A stretch of 64,000 bases of DNA from Paraspadella gotoi (taxonomy: Eukaryota > Animalia > Chaetognatha). The position numbers were made by a program, and so were the translations under genes. The stretch covers positions 22,386,709 to 22,450,708 of the forward strand of contig CM119264.1 of NCBI GenBank assembly GCA_051294375.1. The letters are read 5' to 3'. Under the pieces are notes generated by a model. It ran no database searches, was not told the DNA's origin, and worked only from the letters and a program-made list of their open reading frames with translations. Below, in pieces: positions 11,701 through 25,918 of the stretch. Position 1 is the stretch's first letter, and each line of letters begins with the position of its first letter.

Positions 11701-13822
11701 AGAATAAGCAGGAAGAAGCGTGGTCAACCGGGGCGCCCGAATCCATTAAGTTGACATATCAGAAATAATAGAATTTGCTGGCATGACTGCTGGCCTGATG
11801 AGTCGCGACAACCCTCTCCGGGCGAGAAAAGTCGGGAGGAGGAGCAGAGCTACGGCGGCAGGATCGTCTGCGTTTAAAGTACGCGAGACGAGAGGGCTGG
11901 TCCTTTGTTGATTAAGTTTCACCGCTGCATGCAGAGGGCCGAGAGCAGAGTGGTGTGTGCCAGACACGCGTCCTGATTGGGCGGAGGAAGACCGCTCGCT
12001 CGATTGGCTGCCAGACCTTTTGCGCGAACCGTCGCCTCGACGGCTGGATTGACGATCATTCCACCTGCCGTTTGCCGAATGTTTATTAAAATATTAGAAG
12101 ATTATGTTTAAGGAAACTGCAGAGTCAATAGAGCGTGGCTAACGTGGTCACAAACTTCGTCAGATATAATCTTAGTAATTTGTCTTTTTGAGTAAGGTTT
12201 TTTTCACGTTTTTTATATCTATGAAATTGGTACAATCCAATATAAAATTATCCATCCATTGTAATAAATAAGCTATCTTGTCCCTGACTTTGGACAGGCT
12301 TTGGTTGGTTTATGGCCTCCAATCACACTTGCAAGATTAATAACATAACAGGTTTTCTGCAAAAGCTTTAAGATGTTATTTATATCTTATATCTCCCAAC
12401 CCCACAAAACATCAACCTAAAATGGTATAAAGATGATATGTGACTGTGCAGACATACACACTTTTGAGTCTCCGACTATGGACGTTCTCCAAGTTGAATT
12501 CAACAAAGTTTTCAGTGGACCTATCTCTCCATCACTTTATCGTGCGCGTTACCTTCTCTCTTCTCATCTTCCCCTTTACCTTCCTCCACTGACTCACCTT
12601 TCCACCCCCCACTTCACGCAATTAACGACTCCATCAAACATCCTTCCTCTCGGTTCAGGCGGTGTCCCGGCCTGCCCTTCTTCAACTTCAATCAGGATAC
12701 AGCGGTTCTCGGAGGAGACAGAACTTTTTTCAGCCCCAATTTTAATTTCTCGTACTCTTATATACTCTTCTCTCTCTATCGTCGCAGTCGATGCATGGGT
12801 AGATTACTAGCATAGGATTAGAGCTGAGAGCGAGCTCGGGTTACAAAATAAAAGAAATTAGTAAGCAATGGAGACATGAGCAAATCTCTCTCGTCTCGCT
12901 TACTCTCGTCTCTCTCATGCGTGCTTTTCTTCTTTCACCAAGTAGGAACTCTCCTAGCATCTCCACCATTATGTGTTATTCAAATTTTCTCACAAGTATA
13001 CTATGTAGCCAATATTAGTCGGCACCAGAGCCATATCCTAGGCAGACTCAACATTATCACTACTTAATTTTTATTTTTTGATGCAAGCCATGTAAATACC
13101 AATATATAACACCCAACACAATTATATATATATATAATGACCATATGATAAACTCATACTATAATAAAATATAATGATGAGAGAATATAATATTTCATAT
13201 GCAAGCGAGATTACAGACCAGATGCAACGATTGGAAAGAAAAAACAAACGACATCCAAGAGGAGAACTCAAGCAAGGACCCGGTGCATTAAAGTGGATTT
13301 TCTAGAAGAACATTTTCGCGATAAACTTTAATAATCGATCAGGCCCACAAATTGCTTCTGTTGGACCCTTGCTTTCTCGGCTGCGCGTGTGCTTTCGGCA
13401 CTCACTTATTATTGAGTTATAAGAAATTGTGCTTATATTTATTTTAGTAGGTACCTTCCAATACGTAGTATTATTATTTTAGCTAGCTGTACTGGTTATT
13501 CGCTCATTATTATGTATTTTTTTTATTATTGGTTAATTAAAAGTCTGTGAAAGAAAACCCTATCTACTTATCAGTCTTCTCTTTCTTTTGACTATATTTA
13601 ACTTTTATTATCCCTCGACTACTCCTCTATCTTTTTAGCTATCTACCCAACCCTGCTTTATTCCTTGCTTCTCTCCTCTATCTCTTCCCTGTTCTCTTTT
13701 CTTCCCTACTCTCTTTTCCTTTTGTGATTAATTTTTTGTTTTCTTCCCCTCTCTCTCCTCTCTCCTCTCTCTCCTCTCTTCTCTCTCTCCCTCCCCCCCG
13801 CTTTTCTCCCCGGAAGGGTCGC
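8712..13822 (+). repeat. Copy 1 of an apparently exact 5,111-bp direct duplication
   Basis: Matches 19139-24249 at a constant offset of 10,427. All ORF-track translations within it recur unchanged. Confidence 0.95.
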
Positions 13823-15275
13823 CGACGCGCTCATCCAGGCCAGCAAGTCATTGCCAGGCAATTCTCCTTAATGGATTTCGCGCGGTGACACTGTCCTCCA
13901 TGTACCCTCTCGTCGAGATTGTTTTTGGTGAGAGGCGGAGCGACAGGCGAGGGCGGGGTGGGAAGAGGAGGGGAGGGAATGGGAAGGATATGGGGTCTGT
14001 GGAAAAATAGAAAATAAAGTTGGAATCTCTGAAACACTTGTGGCGGGGCGTGGAGGAATATAATCGAAATAGAAAGTAGCAGAGTTTTAGCCTCGTTGGA
14101 GACGAGAAAAAAAAAAAGGGTTTTTCGTTGGGCAGAAGGGAAGAAAAACTTGGCGACTGGAAACATGATAACCTAATCGAAGACGAAAGTGACATGTCTT
14201 CAAAATGGGACGGGTCTCTTAAATCTTTATTTTTGACTTTTAAATGAAATAAAATTAAAAAATTTATAAATGTGATTTTTTTTTCTCTGTTCATCTCTTA
14301 CTAGGAGGTTTTTTAAAAACCGAGAACAATTCATATAAGTTAATACCCCCTCAGCCGAAACAGCGCTAACGGCGGAAAGCGCCAGGCATTCGTATTCGCT
14401 CGAAAAAAAACCGAGATTGTCTTCAATAAATTTAGCAAAAAAAAAAAAAAAAAAAACAAGGATTCGAGATTTGAGGGTCAAGTCTTGGCATTCGATTCCG
14501 ATACAGCCTCTCAACTCCTGGTCGCGGACGCGAAAAACCCGGCCGGTGCGTCGCAATTTTCGTTTGACGGTGACGGCAGAGAAGGGGGGCAGAGGCGCCT
14601 AGCGGCCAATCTCCCGATCGGCGAAAAAACTCTCTTCGCTTCCGACAATTTTCACCCTCGCAACCTCATCTCTCAAAGGCGAGAGTGTCCGGCTCAATAG
14701 ATAGTCGCTTCTCTTTCTCGGCCTCTATTATCAATTTATTTCTTCACAACGCCAGTCATTGGTCGGAATCGTCGCGCTTCGGACAGGGTGGAAGTAGACG
14801 GGAGACGTCAATTGCGTCAATTTGACTCGGCGGAAAGTTTTTGTTGTTTTTGTACGTTAATTTGTTGTGTTTTTTCCAGCTCGTTTCCCGTCAATGGGGT
14901 TTCTGATTTGCGATTTCTTTATCTCAGGCTTTGTTTTTTTTATTTGCAGTGTAACTTTGTTGTTGTTGCTGTTTTGTCTTCACATAAACTACAATAGACT
15001 ACATTAAGACGACGCGAGTCATAACCTTCGTTATTAGTCTTCTTCCTTGTCGTCGCGTCGTTTCGTCGTCGTCATCGTAAATCGTCGGCATCGGGAATTA
15101 AGAGACCGAGAAAAAAAAATGAGTTAAATTGAAGTGCGGGCGGTCCTTTTGCCTCCCAATCAGTTACCTGATATGATTTACGTCGTCGCGGGAAGGAAAT
15201 TGGCGACCGAGGGAGAGAGAGAGAAAAAAAAAGAAACGGAAATGGACGATAATGGTCTACTCTCTCCTCCTCTCT

Positions 15276-15332
<57 letters not shown>

Positions 15333-15508
15333 GGACCGTCTCCATTTTGAATGTTGCCATTTGAGGTCGTTGAGACATAAACTCTTACATCTCTTTACCC
15401 CTGTTCAAAAAAAAAGTTTAATTTTAAAATTATTTTTTTGGGGGAAGAGGACTGTGGTGGTGGGTTCCATCCGAAATCGATGGCTCCCTCTATTCTCTCT
15501 CCTCGGCT

Positions 15509-15540
<32 letters not shown>

Positions 15541-15560
15541 CTCCTTCTCTCTTCTCTCTC

Positions 15561-15605
<45 letters not shown>

Positions 15606-16435
15606 TCCGTTCCTCTCTTCTTCCATCTCTTCTCGATATTGGAATGACCGATAAATAAAAGCTCGTTCAAACGAGATTTCCGCCCCAAATCCCCGCCTAA
15701 GCCTCGCATGGAGAATTGAGGTTTTGAGACTTTTTGTTTTTTCTCTTATTCGGGGCAGTTTTGCCCATACACGTCGCGGCGCGCGTGTGCGGCCAGCGCG
15801 CGAGAAGGAGACGAGGAGAGAGAGAGAGGGAGAGAGCAGAGACGAGAGAGAGAGAGACGGAGAGAGAGAGATGAGGAAGAGAGAGAGAGAGAGAGAAAAG
15901 AAAAAGAGAGATAAATAGAAAGAGAGAGAAAGAGAGATGATAGAAAGAAAGAAGGGAGAGAGAGACCTTCGAGTCCTTCGTTAACCTCTCATTTTCCGCG
16001 GGGGCGAGAGAAGGGGCGCCTTCATCATGAGGGGTTTCAAAACAAAAAAGTGAAGGCGAAGGAGGGAGAGAAGCGGAAATGGCAGTAAGCGGAAATGGGA
16101 GGACGGAAATAGAGGTTGAATTGGAAAAGGTTAAAGTCTAGAGAGCAGGAGAGAGAGAGAGAGAGAGAGAGAGATGAGAGAGAGCAGAGAGAAAGAGAGA
16201 GATAAAGGGAGAAAGAGAGAGAGAGAGTGAGGAGAGAAAGAGTAAATGCAAAAAACGTTTTTAACGCAAGCACCGTTAAGTTAAAATCAACTACAGTAGA
16301 AACGAGCCCATAAAAACCCTTCGCAACTCGTCGAAAAGAAAAAATTGTTTGGCGAGTTTTCTGAATCTCCACCGAGGTCGTTTATGCATTAATGGCCTCA
16401 GTCGTCTCTCTCTCTCTTCTCTCTCTCTCTCTCTC

Positions 16436-16483
<48 letters not shown>

Positions 16484-16895
16484 CTCCGAAACATGCGAGA
16501 ATGGAATGAAACATCGAATTTGCATTCGAGTCTTCGCGAGTCGACCTTGAGTTCGGCAGCGGAATTGAACCCGCATCTTTGCATCTACGTTCTGACTGCG
16601 CCGATCTTTTTCTGATTCCCGCCGCTGCCACCTCCGCTAACGCCGCCACCGGCGTAGCCTCCGACCGCCACTGGCCTGCTTCCGCCCTTGACGTCAGACG
16701 CTGCCAATGCGAGCAACGCTTCAGCGCCTCACAAAACACTTTGCCGACCTTTCCTGCCTCGATAGTCTTGAAAGCGACTTAAGCTCTAAAGTTTCTTTTT
16801 CTTTCCGATTTTGAGAACAAATGTTTTCTCTCTTTGTCTTCTTTTTCTCTGTCTTTTTTGTCTCTGTCTCTCTCTCTCTCATCTCTCGCTCTCCT

Positions 16896-16954
<59 letters not shown>

Positions 16955-18221
16955 CCTTCCCTCTCTCCGCGTAACGTTCTCCAGAGTTTAGTTTTCGACG
17001 ACGTAATCCAAATCAGGATTCTCTTCTCCATCCGAAGACCCTCGATTTCTTCCAAGTTCGTTTCTGCTTTTTATCATCGCTCCGTTGTTATTGTTATCGG
17101 TCGCCGTCGTTTCGTCGCCTCGTCGTCGTCGACCCCCACGAGCCACCGGTCTGTAATGCAGGAGAGCGTTAACGGGATTATTCGAGCAGAAAGGCCCATT
17201 TGCCTTTTCTAATGGCCGACGACCGAAGCGAGGGCGCTGAGAACGGCGTCTTTTCTAGAGCTGGCGGTGGGGGAGGGGGACTGCGATTGAGAGGGGGAGT
17301 CGTTTAAAGCTGCCGGGCGTGCGGGAGGGACGCGAAAGGGGTTGCGGATTGCACGGCTGAGTTGCGATTTCGCTGGGACTAAGGACCGGGGTACCGCGGG
17401 ATCGGAACGGATGACAGGAAGAAGGGACTGAGGGGAGTTGAGCATGGACGAAGGCTAAAAGAAACGCCGGTATTTACGGCTTCTGATGAAGGAACGGACG
17501 ACCGCCGACGACTGAGCGACACGACGACGACGACGACTCGCTGATTGGATTTGATGGCATCAACAATGGCAATTTAGTCAGCGAGGATTGGAGTGGCTGA
17601 GATGAGAGATAGGAACGTTCGTGGTGGTCTGAGATGGCATCGACCGGTTTCGTGACTCGTCTTTTTCATGTTCTTAGTTCATTTCTGGCCGAATTGCTCA
17701 GCCTTTTGTCTTATATTATCGTCATTTGTCATTGTCATTTAAATCGTCAAGCTTTATCATCGCTCTCAAAAAAAAGTGAACTGGCTCTTTGCAATCTCGA
17801 TTTATTTCATTAGTATACTTATTTCCTTCAAAGTGTAGAGATAGACTTTTTTATTCTGCGTAATTTTTAGTTACAGGTTGGTTACAAAATTAGTAAAAAC
17901 ATTATCAGTGCGGGGACATAGTACATATTTTTTTGATCGAACCCAAAAAATTAATTGTCAGTCAAGTAAAATTAAATATATATTTATGCAGACCCATTCG
18001 AAATCTAAATTCAGCGTTGTTTAAACAACATTGCTCCAGTCAGGAGCTAAATTCCACTCCTCTTTTCCCTCAAAAATTTAGGCCTCTTCGGCTCCTCGAT
18101 GGGACGAGGGGAGCAAAACAAGATTCGTTGACGCGGAGAAAAGGTTTGAACTCTTGAACTTTTCTTATTTGGAAGCGTCCGTGATGGGAAGACCAATCAA
18201 AGGCGAGAGGAGGGGTAGAGG

Positions 18222-18255
<34 letters not shown>

Positions 18256-18345
18256 GAGAGGAGAGAGAGAGAGAGAGACGAGAGGAGAGAGAGAGAGAAG
18301 AGAGAGAGAGTATATGTAAAGTTACATTTCCAAATGGTGGCGAGA
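9860..18345 (+). repeat. Left arm of a ~8.5-kb inverted duplication
   Basis: Reverse complement of 39301-47670. Apparently exact blocks have coordinate sums 57530, 57627 and 57646 and are separated by indel-rich blocks. Confidence 0.93.
13871..17600 (+). CDS. Unidentified multi-exon gene (unit R), frameshifted in every copy
   Basis: GC-rich blocks are separated by CT/GA-rich introns. Donor TTG|GTGAG at 13927/8; pyrimidine tract plus CCAG acceptor at ~16984; CCCGAAACAG acceptor in the 26.8-kb copy. The last block ends ...DDDDDSLIGFDGINNGNLVSEDWSG* (TGA 17598-17600), followed by AT-rich sequence. No family recognised; the exon model is tentative. Confidence 0.4.
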
Positions 18346-18370
18346 NNNNNNNNNNNNNNNNNNNNNNNNN

Positions 18371-18403
<33 letters not shown>

Positions 18404-19130
18404 CCCCTCCTCTCGACCCCTTTGATTGGTCTTCCCATCACCGACGCTTCCAAATAAAGAAAAGTTCAAAGTTCAAACTTTTCCGCGTCACGAATCTTGT
18501 TTTGCTCCCCTCGTCCCATCGAGGAGCGAGACCTACTTTTTGAGGGAAAAGAGGAGTGGAATTTTAGTCCCTGAGCTGGAGCAATGTTGTTTAAAACCTG
18601 AATTTAGATTTCGATGGGTTGCATAATATATATTTAATTTTATTGATGACATTAATTTTTTTGTTCGATCAAAAAAATATGTACTATGTCCCCGCACTGA
18701 TAATGTTTTACTATTTTGTAACCAACTGTAACTAAAAATTACGCAGAATAAAAAAGTCTATTCTACACTTTTGAGTAAATAAGTATACCTAATGAAACTA
18801 ATGAGATTGCAAAGAGCCAGTTCACTTTTTTGAGAGCATGATAAAGCTTGACGATTGAAATGACAATGACATGACGATATATAAGACAAAAGGCTGAGCA
18901 ACGCCAGAAATGAACTAAGAGACATGAAAAAGACGAGTCACGAAACGGTCGATGCCATCTCAACCAACCACGAACGATTCCATCTCTCATCTCAGCCGAC
19001 TCCAATCCTCGCTGACAATTCCATTGTTGATGCCATCAAATCCATCAGCGAGGTCGTCGTCGTCGTCGTTGTCCTCGTCGTCGGCGTCGTCCCGTTCCTT
19101 CACAGAAGCCGTAAATACCGGCGTTCTTTT
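18371..19130 (-). repeat. Fold-back copy of ~17460-18230 immediately after a 25-N gap
   Basis: Reverse complement, with small indels, of the sequence preceding gap 18346-18370. Confidence 0.9.
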
Positions 19131-19138
19131 ACCCCCCC

Positions 19139-22100
19139 GCTCTTCTTGATCATCTGACAACAACTTTCTCTTCTCCCTCCCTCTCTCTCCTTCCTACTAA
19201 CTCTCTTTCCCTCAACTCCTCATCTCCCTTCGTTTCTCTCTCCCTTCTCTACTTTCCTCTTACCTTCTCACAATTCTTCTCTTCCTCTCCTCCTTCCCCT
19301 CACTTTCTTCTGTTTCTGATAAACTTCGCTTCTTCATTGACTTGTCAAGGCGTTCCCCTCTCTCGCTCCCCGCCGGGAAATATGAGACGGATGCAGTAGA
19401 CTGTAATGTTGGATCCTGGTAGGGTGGCTCGTTCCTCTCCTGCCTCTGTTACTGTCTCTATCTCTTCCTCTCTGGGTAAAAGATCTATTCCTTCACATGA
19501 CTTAATCTATTTTACTACTGCTTTTTCTGTATTCTACTCTCTCTCTCTCTCTCTCACTCTCACTCTCTTCTCTCTCCTCATTTCTCTCGTCTCTCCCGTA
19601 GCTATACAAATCTCCTCTCCTCTCTCTCTCCTTTTTTCTTCGCCGCTGGACCGCAACGCTGCGCCGCGACGTTATGGGCAAACTGCCCGAGAGCGAAAAG
19701 TCCAAAACCTCAATTTCCATGCAGGTTAGAGGGGGATTGGGGCGGAAATTCGTTGTGACGCAGTGCTTATTATTTAATGGGTCAAGTCAATTATTCGATG
19801 AGAGCATTGTCGTCGAGAGAAACGTAGGGAACGGATTAGAGATAGATCTAGACCAGACGGCGAAGATCGAGACAGAACGGACTGAGACGGTGGGATGTTT
19901 AGAGCATGTAATTGAACGAGACCATCGACTATATGACCGCCAACGTCTCGCGGGCAAGACTATCATGCTGCTATGACCAGCTTCTCCATTACGAGTGTAA
20001 CTATGCGCTAAACGGTGTATAAGTAGCTCTGACTTAGGCACAGCTACGTATTGTGTCACGTAACCGCGCGTGCTTGATAAAATATCTGAGAGGAGAGAAG
20101 AAAGATGAGAGAGAAGCAGAGGTCCAGGCCCGAGAGGGAGACCGGCGAGTGAGGAAGATAAGAATGATTTCTTTTATTCAACCAACTTGATGGACTGGGA
20201 ACGCAGACTGGGATTCCTTGAGATTGGAATCCTGATTGAGAAAAAAGATAAAAAAAAGGGGATGAGAAAAAAAAACGGGAAAAAAAAGAAAAAGAGAGAG
20301 AGGAGAACGGAGTAGCACGAGCGGAGGGGAACGGAGATGAGGAGGCGAGAGACGGATGCGAGGAGATGGGACTGACCCGAGAAGAATTACGGGAAGCGGA
20401 GGAGAGAGAGGACGGAGAAGAGAAGAGAAGAAGACCGGAAGAGGAGGAGATGAGGAGAGAGGAGAGAAGAGAGGAGAAGAAGAAGAGAGAGACGAGAGAG
20501 AGGGAGAGAGAGTTGAGATGAGGAGAGACAAGAGATGGAGGGAGCAATGGAGCGCTAGAGAGAACGAGAGGGGCAGAGAGAGGCAAGATCGAATTTGCGC
20601 GAAATGAGAACTCCCCACCAGTACCTCTTCCAAGAAAAAAGTAAAATACTCGTGTTTTCGAACAGGTTAAAAGAGATGTAAAGTTTATGTCTCAACGACC
20701 TCAAATGGAACATTTCAAATGGAGGACGGTCAGAGAGAGAGAGAGAGAGAGAGAGAAGAGGCAGCAGAAGAGAGAGCAGAGAGCATGAGAGAGAGAGAGA
20801 GAATCGACGAGAAGAACAATTAATGCGTACGCAATTTCCGTTTCTGTTTTTTTCTCTCTCTCTCCCTCGCGTCGCCAATCTCCTTCCCCACAGCGGTAAA
20901 TCATACAGGTAACTGATTGGGAGGCAAAAGGGCCCGCCCACTTCAATTAACATTTTTTTTTCTCGAGTCTCTTAATCCGATGCCGACGATTTTACGATGA
21001 CGACGACGACGACGACGACAGTGACAAGGAAGAAGACTAAGATACGAGAGAGGTTATGAACATCGCGTCGTCCTAATGTAGTCTCTTTATTGTAGTTATG
21101 TGAAGAACAACAAAAACGAGCAACAACAAGAACAAAAGTTAACACCCCTGAGAATAAAAAAAACAAAGCTGAGATGAAAAGAAAATCGCGAATCAACACC
21201 CATTGAAGCGCTGAAAAAAGACAAAACAATTACCACGCAAAAACAACAAGCAATTCCGAGTCAAATTGACCAAATTGACGTCTCCTTGTCTTACTTCACC
21301 CTGTCGAAGGCGGACGGTTTACCGACAATGACTTGGCGTTGTGAAGGAAATAAACTTCTGACAATAAGAGGCCGAAGAAAGCAGAGCGACGTCAGAGCCC
21401 GGACACTCTCGCTTTGAGAGTATGAGGTGCGAGGGTTTCGCGATCGGAGATTTGGCCGCAGCGCCTCTGCCCCCCCCTCTTCTGCCGGTCACCGTCAACG
21501 AAATTGCGACGCACCCCGGGTTTTTCGCGTCGCGACCGCGAGTTGAGAGGCCTTATGCGGAACTCGAATCCAAGGACTGGACCACTCATCTCGAATCCTT
21601 GCTTTTTTTTTTTTTTTTTTTGCTTATTTATATACTGAGACAATCTCGGTTTTCGAGCGAATACGATGCCTGCGACCTTTTCCGCCGTTAGCGCTGTTTG
21701 GCTTTGGCTTTAACTTTAGCTGTCCATCGGAGGTTTTTTTTTAAACCGTCTAGTAAGAGATGACCAGAAAAAAGATCAAATTTAATAAATTTTTAATATT
21801 TATTTCATGTAACAAGTCAAATAAAGATTTTAAAGGCAGACCTCCCATATGTTGCAAGCGACAATGTCATTTCGTATCGATGAGTCCATGTTTCCCGAGT
21901 CGCCAAGTTTCTCCCTCGCCAAACGAAACCCTTTTTTTTCTCGTCTCCACGAGTGCATAAAACTCTGCTTACTCTATTTCGTTCATATTCCCACGGCCGC
22001 ACAGTGTTTCAGACTCCAACTTTATTCTTCTATTCTCTCCACCCCCCCCTCATTCCCTTCCCTCCCCTACCTCTTCCCCCCCCCTACGCCTGTCCTCCCC

Positions 22101-24249
22101 CTCACCAAAACAATCTCGACGAGAAAGAGAATAAGCAGGAAGAAGCGTGGTCAACCGGGGCGCCCGAATCCATTAAGTTGACATATCAGAAATAATAGAA
22201 TTTGCTGGCATGACTGCTGGCCTGATGAGTCGCGACAACCCTCTCCGGGCGAGAAAAGTCGGGAGGAGGAGCAGAGCTACGGCGGCAGGATCGTCTGCGT
22301 TTAAAGTACGCGAGACGAGAGGGCTGGTCCTTTGTTGATTAAGTTTCACCGCTGCATGCAGAGGGCCGAGAGCAGAGTGGTGTGTGCCAGACACGCGTCC
22401 TGATTGGGCGGAGGAAGACCGCTCGCTCGATTGGCTGCCAGACCTTTTGCGCGAACCGTCGCCTCGACGGCTGGATTGACGATCATTCCACCTGCCGTTT
22501 GCCGAATGTTTATTAAAATATTAGAAGATTATGTTTAAGGAAACTGCAGAGTCAATAGAGCGTGGCTAACGTGGTCACAAACTTCGTCAGATATAATCTT
22601 AGTAATTTGTCTTTTTGAGTAAGGTTTTTTTCACGTTTTTTATATCTATGAAATTGGTACAATCCAATATAAAATTATCCATCCATTGTAATAAATAAGC
22701 TATCTTGTCCCTGACTTTGGACAGGCTTTGGTTGGTTTATGGCCTCCAATCACACTTGCAAGATTAATAACATAACAGGTTTTCTGCAAAAGCTTTAAGA
22801 TGTTATTTATATCTTATATCTCCCAACCCCACAAAACATCAACCTAAAATGGTATAAAGATGATATGTGACTGTGCAGACATACACACTTTTGAGTCTCC
22901 GACTATGGACGTTCTCCAAGTTGAATTCAACAAAGTTTTCAGTGGACCTATCTCTCCATCACTTTATCGTGCGCGTTACCTTCTCTCTTCTCATCTTCCC
23001 CTTTACCTTCCTCCACTGACTCACCTTTCCACCCCCCACTTCACGCAATTAACGACTCCATCAAACATCCTTCCTCTCGGTTCAGGCGGTGTCCCGGCCT
23101 GCCCTTCTTCAACTTCAATCAGGATACAGCGGTTCTCGGAGGAGACAGAACTTTTTTCAGCCCCAATTTTAATTTCTCGTACTCTTATATACTCTTCTCT
23201 CTCTATCGTCGCAGTCGATGCATGGGTAGATTACTAGCATAGGATTAGAGCTGAGAGCGAGCTCGGGTTACAAAATAAAAGAAATTAGTAAGCAATGGAG
23301 ACATGAGCAAATCTCTCTCGTCTCGCTTACTCTCGTCTCTCTCATGCGTGCTTTTCTTCTTTCACCAAGTAGGAACTCTCCTAGCATCTCCACCATTATG
23401 TGTTATTCAAATTTTCTCACAAGTATACTATGTAGCCAATATTAGTCGGCACCAGAGCCATATCCTAGGCAGACTCAACATTATCACTACTTAATTTTTA
23501 TTTTTTGATGCAAGCCATGTAAATACCAATATATAACACCCAACACAATTATATATATATATAATGACCATATGATAAACTCATACTATAATAAAATATA
23601 ATGATGAGAGAATATAATATTTCATATGCAAGCGAGATTACAGACCAGATGCAACGATTGGAAAGAAAAAACAAACGACATCCAAGAGGAGAACTCAAGC
23701 AAGGACCCGGTGCATTAAAGTGGATTTTCTAGAAGAACATTTTCGCGATAAACTTTAATAATCGATCAGGCCCACAAATTGCTTCTGTTGGACCCTTGCT
23801 TTCTCGGCTGCGCGTGTGCTTTCGGCACTCACTTATTATTGAGTTATAAGAAATTGTGCTTATATTTATTTTAGTAGGTACCTTCCAATACGTAGTATTA
23901 TTATTTTAGCTAGCTGTACTGGTTATTCGCTCATTATTATGTATTTTTTTTATTATTGGTTAATTAAAAGTCTGTGAAAGAAAACCCTATCTACTTATCA
24001 GTCTTCTCTTTCTTTTGACTATATTTAACTTTTATTATCCCTCGACTACTCCTCTATCTTTTTAGCTATCTACCCAACCCTGCTTTATTCCTTGCTTCTC
24101 TCCTCTATCTCTTCCCTGTTCTCTTTTCTTCCCTACTCTCTTTTCCTTTTGTGATTAATTTTTTGTTTTCTTCCCCTCTCTCTCCTCTCTCCTCTCTCTC
24201 CTCTCTTCTCTCTCTCCCTCCCCCCCGCTTTTCTCCCCGGAAGGGTCGC
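19139..24249 (+). repeat. Copy 2 of the 5,111-bp direct duplication
   Basis: Matches 8712-13822. Confidence 0.95.
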
Positions 24250-25640
24250 GCGACGCGCTTGCTCAATCAGGCCAGCAAAGTCATTGCCAGCAATTCTCAT
24301 TCGTAGTCACTAATGGATTTCGCGCGGTGACACTGCTCTTCCTGGTATCCTCTTTCTCGTCGAGATTGTTTTTGGTGAGAGCGGGGCGGGACGGGGGAAG
24401 AGGAGGGGAGGGAAGGGCCAAGGCATATGGGGTGTGGGAAATAGAAAATAAAGTTTGGGAACTCTGAACACTGTGGCGGGCGTGGAGGAATATGAACGAA
24501 ATAGAAAGTAGCAGAGTTTTAGCCTCGTGGAGACGGAAAAAAAAAAGGGTTTTCGTTGCAGAAGGGAAGAAAAACTTGGCGACTGGAAACATGAACTCAA
24601 TCGAGACGAAAGTGACATGTCTCAAAATGGAGGGTCTCTTAAATCTTTATTTTTGACTTGTTAAATGAAATAAAATTAAAAATTTATAAATTTGATTTTT
24701 TTTTCTGTCATCTCTTACTAGGAGGTTTTTAAAACCCGAGAACAATTCAATAAGTTAAACCCCAAGCAAACAGCGCTAACGGCGGAAAGGCCAGGCATCG
24801 TATTCGCTCGAAAACCGAGATTGTCTTCATAAATTACAAAAAAAAAAAAAACAAGGATTCGAGATTGAGGGTCAAGTCCTTGGATTCGATCCGATACAGC
24901 CTCTCAACTCCGGTCGCGGACGCGAAAACCGGCGGTGCGTCGCAATTTTCGTTTGACGGTGACGGCAGAGAGAGAGGGGGGGGCAGAGGCGCCTGCGGCC
25001 AATCTCCGATCGGCCGAAAAACTCTCTTCGCTTCCGAAATATTCACCCTCGCAACCTCATCTCCTCAAAGGCGAGAGTGTCCGGCTAATGATAGCTCGCT
25101 TCTCCTTTCTCGGCTCTATTAGTCAGATTTATTTCTTCCAACGCCAGTCATTGGTCGGAATCGTCGCGCTCTCGAAGGGTGGAAGTAGACGGGAGACGTC
25201 AATTGCGTCCCAATTTGAACTCAGCGGAAAGTTGGTTGTTGTTTTTGTGTAAGTTGGTTTTTTCCAGTTTTCCGTCAATGGGGTTCTGATTGCGATTTCT
25301 TTATCTCAGCTTTGTTTTTTTTTTTTGTTTCTCAGGTGTAACTTTGTTGTTGTTGCTGTTTTTCTTTACTTACAATAGACTACATTAGACGACGCGAGTC
25401 ATAACCTTTCGTATTGTCTTCTTCCTTGTCGTCGTCGTCGTTCCGTCGTCGTCGTCATCGTAATCGTCGGCATCGGAATTAAGAGACCGAGAAAAAAAAT
25501 GTTAAATTGAAGTGGGGCGGCCTTTTTGCCTCCCAATCAGTTACACTGATATGATTTTACGTCGTCGGAGGAAGGAAATTGGCGACCGAGGGAGAGAGAG
25601 AGAAAAAAAAAGAAACGGAAATGGACGATAATGGCATCTC

Positions 25641-25674
<34 letters not shown>

Positions 25675-25861
25675 TCTCATCTTCTCTCTCTCTCTCCTCT
25701 GGACCGTCTCCATTTTGAAGTTCCATTTGAGTCGTTGAGACATAAACCCCTTAAAAATCTCTTTACCTGTTCAAAAAAAAAGTTAATTTAATTATTTTTT
25801 TGGGGGGAAGAGGACTGGGTGGGGGTTCCATCCGAAATCGATGGCCTTCTCCTCTCGCTCT

Positions 25862-25918
<57 letters not shown>

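Noticed and set aside
13790-18345. Unit R as a transposable element
   Set aside because: No TIRs, LTRs, TSDs or transposase/RT motifs. Copies share flanking DNA and look like re-representations of one locus.
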